A stretch of 63,815 nt of DNA, counting the filler, from Octopus bimaculoides (taxonomy: Eukaryota): assembly GCF_001194135.2 (NCBI RefSeq). It is 10 parts of 9 records of this genome, joined end to end, with 100 filler letters (N's around TTAATTAATTAA, not from the genome) between each part and the next. Parts side by side here need not be neighbours in the genome. Positions count along the whole stretch, not along the records: positions 33,600 to 39,180 come from NC_068986.1; positions 39,281 to 42,128 come from NW_026424719.1; positions 42,229 to 52,009 come from NC_068996.1; 7 more parts are not named here. The stretch is one strand, 5' to 3'. Made by a program: the position numbers and the translations under genes. Under the pieces are notes generated by a model that had not been told where the DNA came from, made no database searches, and saw nothing but the letters and a program-made list of their open reading frames with translations. Positions within the stretch are counted from its first letter, which is position 1; the number at the start of each line of letters is the position of its first letter. Below, piece by piece: positions 38,776 through 51,985 of the stretch.

Positions 38776-39140
38776 CAACTATACATTAGACACACTCATA
38801 CACACACTCATACACACACTTACACACACACTTTCATATATATATTTATTGAATATGTACATAGACATGCTTCAGCGCTTCAGTGATGTTTATGTGAATG
38901 CAACACAAATCATTGATCTTTCAGCAAATAATCTGACCTCTCCTCATCGATTAAGCCCTATCGTGATTGCATTTCCCAATACGCCACATATTAATCCATA
39001 CCTTTCTAGTTGTTCCAGAAGTAATATTTACCATTATGACAATGTCCATTCCCACCAACTATTGTCTCTTTTCGTAATTGTTTGTGCACATTGTCGGATT
39101 GCTTACACATGTTTTCATCTTCTTTGTGTAAGTATGTATG

Positions 39141-39180
<40 letters not shown>

Positions 39181-39280
39181 NNNNNNNNNNNNNNNNNNNN
39201 NNNNNNNNNNNNNNNNNNNNNNNNTTAATTAATTAANNNNNNNNNNNNNNNNNNNNNNNNNNNNNNNNNNNNNNNNNNNN

Positions 39281-42128
39281 GTTCTTTCCTTCCTACGTTC
39301 GTTCTTTCCCTCCTACGTTCTTTCTTTCCTCCCTACTTTCGTTCTCTCATTCCTAGGTTCGTTCGTTCCTACCTATTTTCCTTCCCACGTTCGTTGTTTC
39401 CTTCCAACGCTCGTTTGTTCCTACGTTTGTTCCTACTTTAGTTCTTTCCTTCCTTCCTACGTCCGTTCTTTCCTTCCTACGTTTGTTCTTTCCTTCCTAC
39501 GTTTGTTCTTTCCTTCCTACGTTCGTTCATTCCTTCGTTCTTTCCTTCCTACGTTTGTTCATTCGTTCCTATGTTCGTTCTTTCCTTCCTACGTTCGTTC
39601 TTACGTTTGTTCTTTCCTTCGTACGTTCGTAGGAACGATCGAACGAACGTAGGAAGAAAAGAACGAACGTAGGAAGTAAAGAACAAACGTAGGAAGGAAC
39701 AAACGACCGTAGGAAGGAAAGAACGAAGTTAGGAAGGAAAGAACGAAGGTAGGAAGGAAAGAACACACGTAGGAACGAACGAACGAACGTTGGAAGAATG
39801 AACGAACGTAGGAAGGAAAGAACGAACGTAGAAAGGAAAGAACGAACGTAGGAAGGAAAAAACGAATGTAGGAAGGAAGGAACGAACGTAGGAAGGAAAG
39901 GACGAAGGTAGGAAAGAAAGAACGAACGTAAGAAGGAACGAACGAACGTAGGAAGGAAAGAACGAACGTAGGAAAGAAAGAACGAACGTAGGAAGGAAAC
40001 TAAAGTAGGAACAAACGTAGGAACGAACGAACGTAGGAACGATCGAACGAACGTAGGTAGAAAAGAACGAACGTAGGAAGGAAAGAACGAACGTATGAAG
40101 TAAGGAACGAACGTAGGAAAGAACGAACAAACGTAGGAAGGAAAGAACGAACGTAGGAAGGAAAGAACGAACGTAGGAAGGAAAGAACAATCGTAGGAAT
40201 GAAATAAAAACGTAGGAACGAACGAACGAACGAACGTAGGAACTAACGAACGTGGGAAGGAAAAAACGAACGTAGGAACGATCGAACGAACGTAGGACGA
40301 AATGAACGAACATAGGAACGAATGAACGAACGTAGGAAAGAACGAACAAACGTTGGAAGGAAAGAACAAACGTAGGAAGGAAAGAACGAACGTAGGAAGG
40401 AAAGAACGAACATAGGAACGAATGAACGAACGTAGGAAGGAAAAAACGAATGTAGTAAGGAAGGAACGAACGTACGAAGGAAAGAACGAATGTAGGAAGG
40501 AAGGAACGAACGTACGAAGGAAAGAACTAAAGTAGGAACGAACGAACGTAGGAAGGAAAGAACGAACGTAGGAAGGAAAGAACAAACGTAGGAAGGAAAG
40601 AATGAACGTAGGAACGAACGAACGAACGTAGGATGGAAAGAACGAACGTAGGAGGGAAAAAACGAACATAGGAAGGAAAGAGACAACGTATGAGGGCAAG
40701 AACGATCTAGGAAGGAAAGAACGAACGTGGGAAGGAGAGAAAGAACCTAGGAAGGAAAGAACGAACGTAGGAAGGAAATAACGAACGTAGGAAACAAAGA
40801 ACGAACGTAGGAACGAACGAACGAACGTAGGAAGGAACACACGAACGTAGGAAAGAAACAAAGAACGTAGGACGGAAAGAACGAACGTAGGACGGAAAGA
40901 ACGAACGTAGGAACGAACGAACGAACCTAGGACTGAGAGAACGAACGTAGGAACGATCGAACGAACGTAGGAACGAACGAACGAACGAACGTATAAAGGA
41001 AAGAACGAACGTAGGAACGAACGAACGAACGAACATAGGAAGGAAAGAACGAACGTAGGAAGGAAAGAACGAATGTAGGAACGAACGAACGAACATAGGA
41101 AGGAAAGAACGAACATAGGAGGGAAAGAACGAACGTAGGAAGGAAAAAAGAACGAACGTAGGAAGGAAAGAAAGAACGTAGGAGGGAAAGAACGAACGTA
41201 GGAAGGAAAGAACGAACGTGGGAACGAACGAACGAACTTAGGAAGGAAAGAAAGAATCTAGGAAGGAAAGAACGAACGTAGGAAACAAAGAACGAACGTA
41301 GGAAACAAAGAACGAACGAACGAACCTCGGAAGGAAAGAAAGAACCTAGGAAGGAAACAACGAACATAGGTAGGAATGAACGAACGTAGGAAACAAAGAA
41401 CGAACGTAGGAACGAACGTAGGAACGAACGAACGAACGTAGGAAGGAACAAACGAACGTAGGAAGGAAATAACGAACGTAGGAAGGAAACAACGAGCGTA
41501 GGAAGCAACAAACGAACGTAGGAAGGAAAGAACGAGCGTAGGATCGAACGAACGTAGGAAGGAAAGAACGAGCGTAGGATCGAACGAACGAACGTAGGAT
41601 GGAAAGAAAGAACGTAGGAACGAACGAACGAACGAACGAACGTAGGAAGGAATGAACGAACGTAGGAAGGATAGAACGAACGTAGGAAGGAAAGAACGAA
41701 CGTAGGAACGAACGAACGAACGTAGGAAGGAAAGAACGAACGTAGGAAGGAAAGAACGAAAGTAGGAAGGAATGAACGATCGTAGGAAGGAAAGAACGAA
41801 CGTAGGAAGGAAAGAACGAACGTAGGAAGAAAAGAACGAACGTAGGAAGGAAAGAACGAACGTAGGAAGGAAAGAACGAACGTAGGAAGGAAAGAACGAA
41901 CGTAGGAAGGAAAGAACGAACGTAGGAAGAAAAGAACGAACGTAGGAAGGAAAGAACGAACGTAGGAAGGAAAGAACGAACGTAGGAAGGAAAGAACGAA
42001 CGTAGGAAGGAAAGAACGAACGTAGGAAGGTAAGAACGAACGTAGGAAGGAAAAAACGAATGTAGGAAGGAAGGAACTAACGTAGGAAGGAAAGAACGAA
42101 CGTAGGAAAGAAGGAACGAACGTAGGAA
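39281..42128. repeat. Satellite based on a 20-mer (GAACGAACGTAGGAAGGAAA) with an internal inversion
   Basis: Pyrimidine-strand units 39281-~39627, purine-strand units ~39628-42128; both ends lie in gaps. Confidence 0.95.
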
Positions 42129-42228
42129 NNNNNNNNNNNNNNNNNNNNNNNNNNNNNNNNNNNNNNNNNNNNTTAATTAATTAANNNNNNNNNNNNNNNN
42201 NNNNNNNNNNNNNNNNNNNNNNNNNNNN

Positions 42229-42275
<47 letters not shown>

Positions 42276-43150
42276 CAAGCAGTATGTATGTTTGTGTGTG
42301 TGTAGCAATAAGAAAATGGAGAATAGTATTCATCAACTTACAATGTCTGAAAGTTGATGAATCCCTCCATTTTCTTATTGCTATATGAATTAATGGTAAA
42401 ATATCTTTTTACCCACACCCATTTATTGCACTTGGTAATAAAATGAAAAAAACACTAGTGTAATAGTAATTGGGTATCCTTCCGGCAGTATATTAGATAG
42501 ATATTATCCCTTAGTGGGTTGGATTCACAACCCCTAACTTTCTTGGATATACACACATATATATATGTAAGAATGTATATATGCAACAGACAGGTAAGAG
42601 CTAGGTCTGCATAATATGTCAAACATGTAGTACTGTTCTAAAGGATTTTAAACTTAAACGCCAAATTCTTCGTCCGAGGTAAAGATACCGTCATCAATAA
42701 TGTTTAAAGAAATATCCAAATCGAGCTGATATGGAGTTAGTAATTGAGACAAACATAGTTGAATTTGATATAAATATATTTACACAGAGTACAAAACACA
42801 CAAAACAAAAATATGCAAGATAAAAGTACAGAATAAGAAAATAAAATATGCAAAAGCATACCTCAATTACTGTTTCAGGAGTTAAAAGTTTAGATATTTT
42901 CTTATCTTATCCTGTACTTTCAGTCTATATTAATTTGTGCTCCATGCAAAAATATTTCTACCAGGCTTAACTGTATTTACATTCCTATCTTTCTTTCTCT
43001 CCACACCTATCCCTCTGTGTGTATATATATATATATATATCATGTGACAATTAGTTGTTTGCCATAATAAAACTGAGAGTTTGTTTTCCCCACGCTTATT
43101 GGAGTAATTTCCCTTTATTTAACATTTTTTTTTTCATAGTGTTCTTTGTT

Positions 43151-43223
43151 TGTCTTAATAACTGATGAGATGCCGGAGCAGGCTTCAGCCCCAGCATACG
43201 AAACTCTGAGTTTTATTATGACA
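43151..43223 (+). ncRNA. Minimal type I hammerhead ribozyme
   Basis: Stem I TGTCTTAATAA/TTATTATGACA (10 of 11 pairs), CTGATGA core, stem II ATGCCGGAGC/GCCCCAGCAT (8/10, one bulged A), GAAA, near-palindromic stem III CTC-T-GAG, predicted GUU cleavage after 43212. Confidence 0.75.
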
Positions 43224-43261
43224 GCCAACTAATTGTCACATATTATATTTATAGATAAATT

Positions 43262-43430
43262 CCTCTATTTACATAATATCGATTTCAAATTCCGCCAAGG
43301 CCGACTTTGCCTTTTATCCTTTCGGAGTCGATTAAATAAGTACCTGTTAACCACTGGAGTCTATGTAATCGACTTAATCCCCATGTTTGTCCCCTCTATG
43401 TTTAGCCCCTTGTGGGCAATAAAGAAATAA
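43262..43430 (+). mobile_element. SINE family B, tail Y, 5'-truncated
   Basis: Homologous to 20610-20783. Confidence 0.75.
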
Positions 43431-43756
43431 ATTATTATTATTATTAATATATATATGTATTANNNNNNNNNNNNNNNNNNNNNNNNNNNNNNNNNNNNNN
43501 NNNNNNNNNNNNNNNNNNNNNNNNNNNNNNNNNNNNNNNNNNNNNNNNNNNNNNNNNNNNNNNNNNNNNNNNNNNNNNNNNNNNNNNNNNNNNNNNNNNN
43601 NNNNNNNNNNNNNNNNNNNNNNNNNNNNNNNNNNNNNNNNNNNNNNNNNNNNNNNNNNNNNNNNNNNNNNNNNNNNNNNNNNNNNNNNNNNNNNNNNNNN
43701 NNNNNNNNNNTATATATATACATATATATATATACATACATACATACATATATTTT

Positions 43757-43968
43757 TTATCTTCTATCTTGTTTCAGTCATTTGACTACGGTCACTAAAT
43801 TTTGAAACCTAAGATTTATTCTGTCGGTCATTTTTGCCGAAGTTGTAAGTTACAGGGATGTAAACACACTAATACCGGTTGTCAAGCAGCGATGGGGTCA
43901 AACACAGACACAGACACATACATACGTAGATACATGCACGCACGCACACACACACACACACACATACA

Positions 43969-44004
<36 letters not shown>

Positions 44005-44160
44005 TATGATAATTTTCTTTGAATTTCAGTTTACCAAATCCACTCAGAGATCCACTTGGTCGACCCGATGCTATCGTAGAAGACACTTCTTCCAGAAACC
44101 AAGCAGTGGGACTGAACCCCTGTCCATGTGGTTGGGAAGCGAGCTTGTTACCACACAGAC
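43757..44160 (-). mobile_element. Near full-length SINE family A with internal microsatellite
   Basis: Head, CORE-like segment, (TG)n tract and tail are contiguous here. Confidence 0.8.
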
Positions 44161-44823
44161 TATATATATATAGGTAGGTAGTTATGACAAATTCCAGCTA
44201 TTTCCTGTTAGAGCGCATCTGCTTATTCCATTAATATAATGAATGGATGTCCATCGTCGATGGATTGATATCCATCGTCACTGTTGTATGTGAATTGAAG
44301 CACACGTTAAATGTGATAACTATGAACATATTTTTTGCAGAGTTGTTCAATATCAAAATAGGAAAATAGAAGTATTCTGGTATTATTTATTCTCCATTAC
44401 ACATGTTTCATTTACTAATAGGAGTTACAAATGTTATATAGGCTTGTAAGGAATTTCTTATTAGAAATTCTACGGGCCAAGACAAATTTTATGATACGAA
44501 AATATATTTGGAAGAGACGTTTATATTTAGATATGCATCAAGAGTATCACAAATAACACTAGGGAAGGAAAGAAAAAGATATACATCCTTCTGCAGACAT
44601 ACACACAGATATATACGCAAGCACATAGATATACAATATATATGTCCCTATACACAAACACACATTTTTATCCATTCATCCATCCCTTCATCCATCCATA
44701 CATACAGGCATGCGTACACACATACATACATATATACATACATACAGGCATGCATGCATACATACATACATACATACAAACATACATACAGGTATGCGTA
44801 CATACATACATACACACACAAAC

Positions 44824-44866
<43 letters not shown>

Positions 44867-45059
44867 TACCATATGTTGCATATATATATTATATCAAATC
44901 TTGATACTGTGTGGATTAAGATCCCTGTTGATAAGCTGCTGATACTTATAGAGTTTTAAGCGCGCAAATTAGGGATCCCTTCATAGAGTTACTGCTGCAT
45001 TTGCTGAGTATATAAACAACTTGGTTTATATGCTCAACAAGAGACTGTCAGAATGATCT

Positions 45060-45110
45060 AGAAGCCTCTGATGAGAACTCAATATGGTTCGAAAATCGGT
45101 TAAGGTTTTT
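45060..45110 (+). ncRNA. Minimal type I hammerhead ribozyme
   Basis: Stem I AGAAGCCT/AGGTTTTT (8 pairs incl. 2 G-U), CTGATGA, perfect stem II GAAC/GTTC, GAAA, very short stem III, predicted UUA cleavage after 45102. Confidence 0.65.
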
Positions 45111-45224
45111 CATAATTCTGTTTTTTCGTCTGCAGACAAATGGCTAAAATTTGCCGTATGTAATTATGCCATATGTTACACACACACAAAAACACAGATA
45201 AATACATGGGCAGGCAAAGATGGA

Positions 45225-45277
45225 TAGATAGATAAATAGATAGATAGAAAGCAAGATAGCTAGCTAGATAGTCAGAC

Positions 45278-45368
<91 letters not shown>
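45225..45368. repeat. (ATAG)n microsatellite
   Basis: Direct reading. Confidence 0.95.
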
Positions 45369-45739
45369 CACACGCATGTAGATTTATGCGGTTATTGTTC
45401 AGTTAACTCCAGACTAACCCAAATGTGCTTCAAAGCTTCTCTGTCGTGACCAGCAATTTAGTTTTCATAAATTGTACCAAGGACTACTTTAGCTCGTATG
45501 TTCCGTGTTTAATATATTTGAAGATGTAGTTGGTATTGAATTCATTATTGAGACCTCTACCCTTCTTTCTTTCACGTTTTACATTTGCTTTGAGAAGGGT
45601 CTTTGTAAAACCACTGAGACTTGTTACGTGGCTATGCACGCTCAAGTTCGTTTACTTCACCGTTGTGAGAAGATCATCAAAACAGTGGAACAATGTATAG
45701 AGTATTAAATAGCTGTAGAATATATTTTGTTTACTTGTT

Positions 45740-45969
45740 CTTTTATTCTTTTACTTGTCTCAGTCATTTGACAGTGGCCATGCTGGAGCACCGTCTTTAC
45801 TCGAGCAAATCGATCTCGGGACTTATTTTTTGTAAACCTAGTACTTATTCTATCATTTTTCTTTTTCCCGAACTGCTAAGTTACGGGAACGTAAAGGCAC
45901 TAGCATCGGTTGTCAAGCGATGATGGCGGAACAAATACAGACACACAAACATATACACACACAATCATA

Positions 45970-46008
<39 letters not shown>

Positions 46009-46145
46009 NNNNNNNNNNATATATATATATATATACGACGGGCGTCTTTTAGTTTCCGTCTACCAAATCCACTCACAAAGCTTTGATCGTCAAGAGGCTA
46101 TAGTAGAAGACACTTGTTCAAGGTGCCACGCAGTGGGACTGAACA
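45740..46145 (-). mobile_element. SINE family A with internal microsatellite and small gap
   Basis: Homologous to 43757-44160. Confidence 0.75.
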
Positions 46146-46157
46146 TGTATACATTAT

Positions 46158-46330
46158 ATACGACGTGGTATCAAAATGTTCCCGAACTAGTTCTGTAGCG
46201 CTCCAACAGATGGCAGCACACAGCTGCGTGCGCAGTGGGAGCTACCAGTGATCTTTATGAAGCAGTGTGCCGAGTTACATCGCTGTGTTTGCCTCGCAAG
46301 TTATGAAATTTGTTTTTATGATCACATGTA
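46158..46330 (+). mobile_element. Terminal fragment of a mariner-type non-autonomous element
   Basis: Begins tacgacgtggtatcaaaatgttcccgaact, a mariner-like TIR after TA; partner TIR not found. Confidence 0.45.
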
Positions 46331-47202
46331 TGCTGTACTTTGCGATAAGGTTAAAACTTAGGTAAATAAGTTATTTTTTTTTATTAAACATAACCAGTCC
46401 GGGAACTTGTACATATCAAGTAGATTTATTGTTAGAAGCATTCAAGTCATGATAATCCACTCTTTTTTTGGTAAATCCAGGATTACACAATTCCAGGCAA
46501 TCGTTCTTATTTAACACAGCATATTGTGATTGTCATTGTTGTTGCTAAGCCGCATGTCGGTCCTGGTTGAGAAGGCTTATTATCAAAGGTATTTAGGTTG
46601 TGACTATAACGTCTTTTATTCAAGAGATGTTTATCTACAATTACATTAACAAATGTTTATATATTTGAAAAGAGTAAATCTTGACTTAAAGGAAATTTAA
46701 CTGTTATTTCGTGGTAGTCAATCAACAAATGAGGGAATGTCTATAGTTGCTAGAAACAACATCGCATTTCCCGAAATTAGCATAAGCTATATTATCATAA
46801 ACGAAAATAAGTATGTGAACTTAATGTAGAGTGGTCATTTCTTGATCGCTATTTGATCACAGATCACAACTCTACTCAGTCATAGCTAAAGTGGTGCTAT
46901 ACAACATGAACAGCAACTATGTAAAGGTTCTTTCCTAAGCTTGCTTTTTTTTTTAGAGTAAACACGGTAGAAGAAAAAATAGTACAGTTGTAGGAAATGT
47001 AATGAGGTTGGAGGCATGCAGAATACAGTGAAAGGGAGTGGTGGGAACAAAAGGAAATATAAGGAAGGGATTATTAGAGAATGTCAGGCGATAAGAGACT
47101 TAGCGATAAAGACAATGAGGGTGGTCAAAGAGTAGAGACGATGGAAGAGGAGCAAAGTTACAAAATCGATACAGCGTAAAGAGTCGGAAAATGACGAGAG
47201 AG

Positions 47203-47241
<39 letters not shown>

Positions 47242-47252
47242 TAGATAGATAG

Positions 47253-47300
<48 letters not shown>

Positions 47301-48109
47301 GAGTGAGAGAGAAAGGGAGAAAGAGTGGATAAAAGAGACAGGAGGAATTTTTAAGGATAAGAGAAGAAAAAATTTATGACGTGTAGCTAGGATTAAAGCA
47401 TAGAATATAAACGAGAGAAGAATATGTAATGTGATAAAAGTATAAAGAACAACGGCTGGAGGGAAAAGCAGTTAGATGTAGACAAGATACTTGAAAATTG
47501 AGTGNNNNNNNNNNNNNNNNNNNNNNNNNNNNNNNNNNNNNNNNNNNNNNNNNNNNNNNNNNNNNNNNNNNNNNNNNNNNNNNNNNNNNNNNNNNNNNNN
47601 NNNNNNNNNNNNNNNNNNNNNNNNNNNNNNNNNNNNNNNNNNNNNNNNNNNNNNNNNNNTAAGGGTACAGTATGCCAGTCAGAACTGATCTGACACCAAA
47701 CCACAATAACATGCATCACTATTCAGATAGTTCCACCATTACATTTGTCGCTACTGTTGCATACACACAAGGTTGTTTTTTTCAATACACAGACGGAGAT
47801 TTGAGCGAGAGATAGAGATTTGCAACAATTTAGAGAAACTACTTACGTGAAGGTTCGGTCTACGCAAATAAATACCATATTTCCTCCTCAAAACCACACC
47901 CTTACCATAAAAGAAAAAAGAAAGAGAAAGAAAAACATTATATAAATGTCGTCTGAGATATGCTTTCTGAAAGACATCGAAGCAGTCACGGATGAAGCGT
48001 CTTTGATCAGAAATATGCCGAATCAGGTTTGATTTTACACTCAACAAGAGATACTCGATTACTGTAATGTTAGCTACGAACTATCCTTCAACATCCTCAC
48101 AGGGTAATG

Positions 48110-48430
48110 GGTAAAGGGTAAAGACCCCCTTTGGTCATGAATGACCATGGGATTGCACATAGAAAGTTCCCCTCTGAGGGAAGATTGCTTATGGAAGACC
48201 AGCAGTCACCCATGCATACCAACCACCCCTCTCCACACCACTAATGTTATCCGAGGGAAAGCAATGACTGAATCAGTTTGGCGCCAGTGACGTCGCAATA
48301 TAATATAATATAATATAATAAAATATAATATGATACAATATAATAGGATATAATATAATATAGAGTATATATAGGGTAACGACCTTTTTCGGTCATGAAT
48401 GACTATGGGATTGCACCTAGAAAGTTCTCC
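48110..48430 (-). mobile_element. Two fragments of SINE family E separated by an (ATATA)n tract
   Basis: Reverse-complement homology to 57285-57480. Confidence 0.7.
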
Positions 48431-49359
48431 TCCATTAGACCAGAACGAGGGGAGAATGACCCTCCATGTTCGTTTTTCATTCGGTTTTCTTGTATTATGT
48501 CTCCACTGTCATTTTTGTTCCCAAATTTGACCCACCATAAATCCAAATTTTATTTTAGAATTTATGGGAGCGTCTTGCCCCTTTAACTGGTAATTAACAT
48601 CTTGATTTGAGGTTTTTCCACTACCCAACCTCATTATAGCCAGTTACTTTATGCTACATCAAAATAATCTTGACAGGTTTTATGACTATAACCACTATGT
48701 TCGTTCTGTCAACTCTCTCCTGCCCGTTCCTAACAGACACAATTTTCTTGTCTTAGATTTGATAAAAAAGACAAATAAATTAAAACTGAACCAAAATCCG
48801 TGACAAGCTATGACCTCAGCAAATTTTTTTCCACAAGTCTTAGAAACTTCTAAGCTGAAGTGCTAGCAGCATAGACTTTGTCTGTCTTCTTACTCTATTA
48901 GAGTATTCACGTAAAATTATATTAATGTGTCCGACTAATTAAAAAAAAAGCCTATATATTTATTTATGCAGCTGGGGATAGCCTGCATTTAAGCTGATGT
49001 AATGATTGCATTGTTCAATTAAATGGAGCCGCTTGAAACGGTCGTACTGCATCTCCTCTGGATATTCTGTTGCTTACTTTAATATATACGTATATATGTA
49101 TATAACAAAATATAATATAAATAAAAAATATATATATGCATAAATACATACATATATGTACATACATATATATATGTGTGTATATATANNNNNNNNNNNN
49201 NNNNNNNNNNNNNNNNNNNNNNNNNNNNNNNNNNNNNNNNNNNNNNNNNNNNNNNNNNNNNNNNNNNNNNNNNNNNNNNNNNNNNNNNNNNNNNNNNNNN
49301 NNNNNNNNNNNNNNTATATATATATGCATATATGGGTACAGGACGTCACAACACGTAAA

Positions 49360-49715
49360 TAACATGCGGCCATGCTGAAGCACCGCCTTAAATGTTCTTT
49401 TTTAGTAGACGAAATCGACCCCAGGACTTATTGTTTGCAAGCTTAGTACTTATTCTATCGGTCTGTTGGTGAACCACTAGGTTAGGGGAACGTAAACACA
49501 ACAACGTCGGTTGTCAAGCAATGGTGGTAGTGGTGGGGAAGGGGTAACTTACACAGACACAAAGTCATAAATATATACATATATATATATATATACGACG
49601 GGCTTCTTTCAGTTTCTGTCTACCAAATCCACTTACAAGGCTTTGGTCGGCTCGTAGCTATAGTAGAAGACACTTGCCTAAGGTGCCATGTGGTTGGGAA
49701 TCAAGCTTCTTGGCA
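49360..49715 (-). mobile_element. SINE family A
   Basis: Homologous to 43757-44160. Confidence 0.75.
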
Positions 49716-50597
49716 GTATCAGCGCCTAGCAGTGTTTAGGCATGAGCGAACTTAAGTTAGTTTAAGGTTAGTTAAAATATATTTCTGAGATTTCAACTTC
49801 TAAAGGCAAAAACCACTGCAGTTACCAACGAGAAAAAAAATTCTCTCTTATGGTAAAATGTGTAAAAACACCACATCTGTCTAGTGCTGCACCCTCGTCT
49901 GATTCCCAGACGCTACATCTCTAGCTCTTTAGCTGTTATTAATGAGAAATAGCAAAGAAAGGTAACTCTGAGTAGATTTAAAGCCGTAGTTTTAACAAAA
50001 TGTCAAAAACATTGACTGACTTGCGCTAATAGACCGTTAAAGAGTTAGAAATTGAAATATCTCACAAACATAATGCCCTCAGTTTCAAAAGAATTTGGTT
50101 AACAATATTCAACAATTAGACATTAATAAATGTAAGTAGAATACAGATCCAAGGTAAATAATCTTCATGTATAAACAAGTAGATCCAAATATCCTTCGGC
50201 AGAATTTCGAGAAATTCAGAATATTTGCCAACAAAAAATGCGTATAGGGAAAATTTCATCTTTATTATAAAATTTGGCAGTCGTTTCTAATGCATTAACA
50301 CATACATGTCATGCACGCACACACACACGCACACAATGCACATGCACACACACGCGCACACATATACATACATGCACACACACATACATATATACATACA
50401 TACATACATACAGAGCTCGAAAGAGTGCTTAGAGCATATGGCGTATTTTATAAATATGTCTGCTCAAGTATCGTAAAAGCATGAAACTATTAGTAAGTCT
50501 TTCGGTTGCGTTTTAAATTGATATATGTACACGCACACACACAGACAGATACACACACATGCACATACACATATGCACGCACACACACACACACACA

Positions 50598-50633
<36 letters not shown>

Positions 50634-51872
50634 TATATATGTGTGTGTGTGATGTCTTTGTGTTCTCCACCACCGCTTGACAACCGTTGTGGAGTGTTTA
50701 CATCCCCGTAACTTAGAGCGGTTCGGCAAAAAAGACTGGGGCTATAGTAGACGATAATTACCTGATATGCCACGCAGTGGGGCAGAACTCTTAACAATGT
50801 GGTTGGGAAGCAAACTTCGTACCACAGACAGCAACGCCTGCGCCTATAAAAACTTGGAACGCTTCGCGATTCAGTACTTGTATTGTCAAAGCATGGGAAA
50901 TAATTTCAATCAATCACCTCTATTAGTATTTATAATTTGAATTATTTAATTTTTTATTTTTTATTTATAAGGGCAAAATCTCCTTTGAAAATCGTATTAA
51001 ATTATCGATAAAATGAATTTGAGCCTAACTCTTGCATTTTGTTTGCATGTATAATTAGGATAAAACACGTGCATTTCACTTTTTTATCTGGTGACTCGGA
51101 AGACAAGACTCTTTGCTGATTTATTTCGACTCCCTTTGTTCTGAGTCTCAATGTTTCTGAAGTCAACATTTTCTTTTAACATTTCGATAGAACCGTTCAC
51201 CATTTCGTGATGAGGGAATGACGGAATTGTTTGAGTAACCTACAAGGGTATCACGTGGTATTTGTTCCAGAACTTCACGTTCTGAGTTCTTGGATGGTAG
51301 ACTTAATCTGGCGCTCGGTATTTCACCACTACTTGTCTTTGTGTGTATTTAGCAGACTCTACTCTGTTGCAAGCTTTGGAGACAGCACTCGGGTCTGAGG
51401 GATAACTTCCACCCTTCTGCCCACCAGTTTCAGGAGTTTTGAGAGAAATAAGGAGCCATAAGCTTTATTCATCTTTCCCAAACTAAAAGCTAACACCCGA
51501 CAAAATTCTTCTTTATATGCAAGTATTCTTTTCTCAGCTACTTTAATATTTTAATTTTTAAAGAACAAAATCTTATTGAATATCTTCGAATCATTTGTTA
51601 AGTACCCTAAAACTAATGTACACAATATACCTTTATATTTTGGCAGAAATATGTGACAAGCGGCAACGCAGCTTTTTCGGTTTCTTAATTTTCTTCGGCT
51701 TGAAAGAAATTTCTTCGAATTTCTATATTTTGAAATTTTGGTAGATAAATTTTGGTAGATAAAGAATATTAGCGTGTGAGTGCTTTGAGCTTTGATTACG
51801 AGTTAACAATTTAGGATTAAACGGTGCGCAAACGGAGCGGTTCCAAAATCCTAAAATCTAAATTTGCGAACA

Positions 51873-51985
51873 TTCTTCTTCTTCTCTTCTTCTTCTTCTT
51901 CTTCTTCTTCTTCTTCTTCTTCTTCTTCTTCTTCTTCTTCTTCTTCTTCTTCTCCCTCCTCCTCCTCCTCCTCCTCCTCCATCTT
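51873..51985. repeat. (CTT)n(CCT)n microsatellite
   Basis: Direct reading. Confidence 0.95.

Noticed and set aside
39569-41511. Long minus-strand ORFs (515, 206, 194 aa) of FVRSFLPSY type
   Set aside because: Stop-free reading of the satellite's pyrimidine strand; no protein-like complexity.
47847-48047. Minus-strand GTAAGT donor and nearby TATA-like word, possible promoter region between the two genes
   Set aside because: Isolated short motifs only; not supportable without transcript data.
49022-49081. MEPLETVVLHLLWIFCCLL-stop after a good acceptor
   Set aside because: In-frame stop precedes any credible donor, so it cannot lead the Sushi-PAN protein as assembled.
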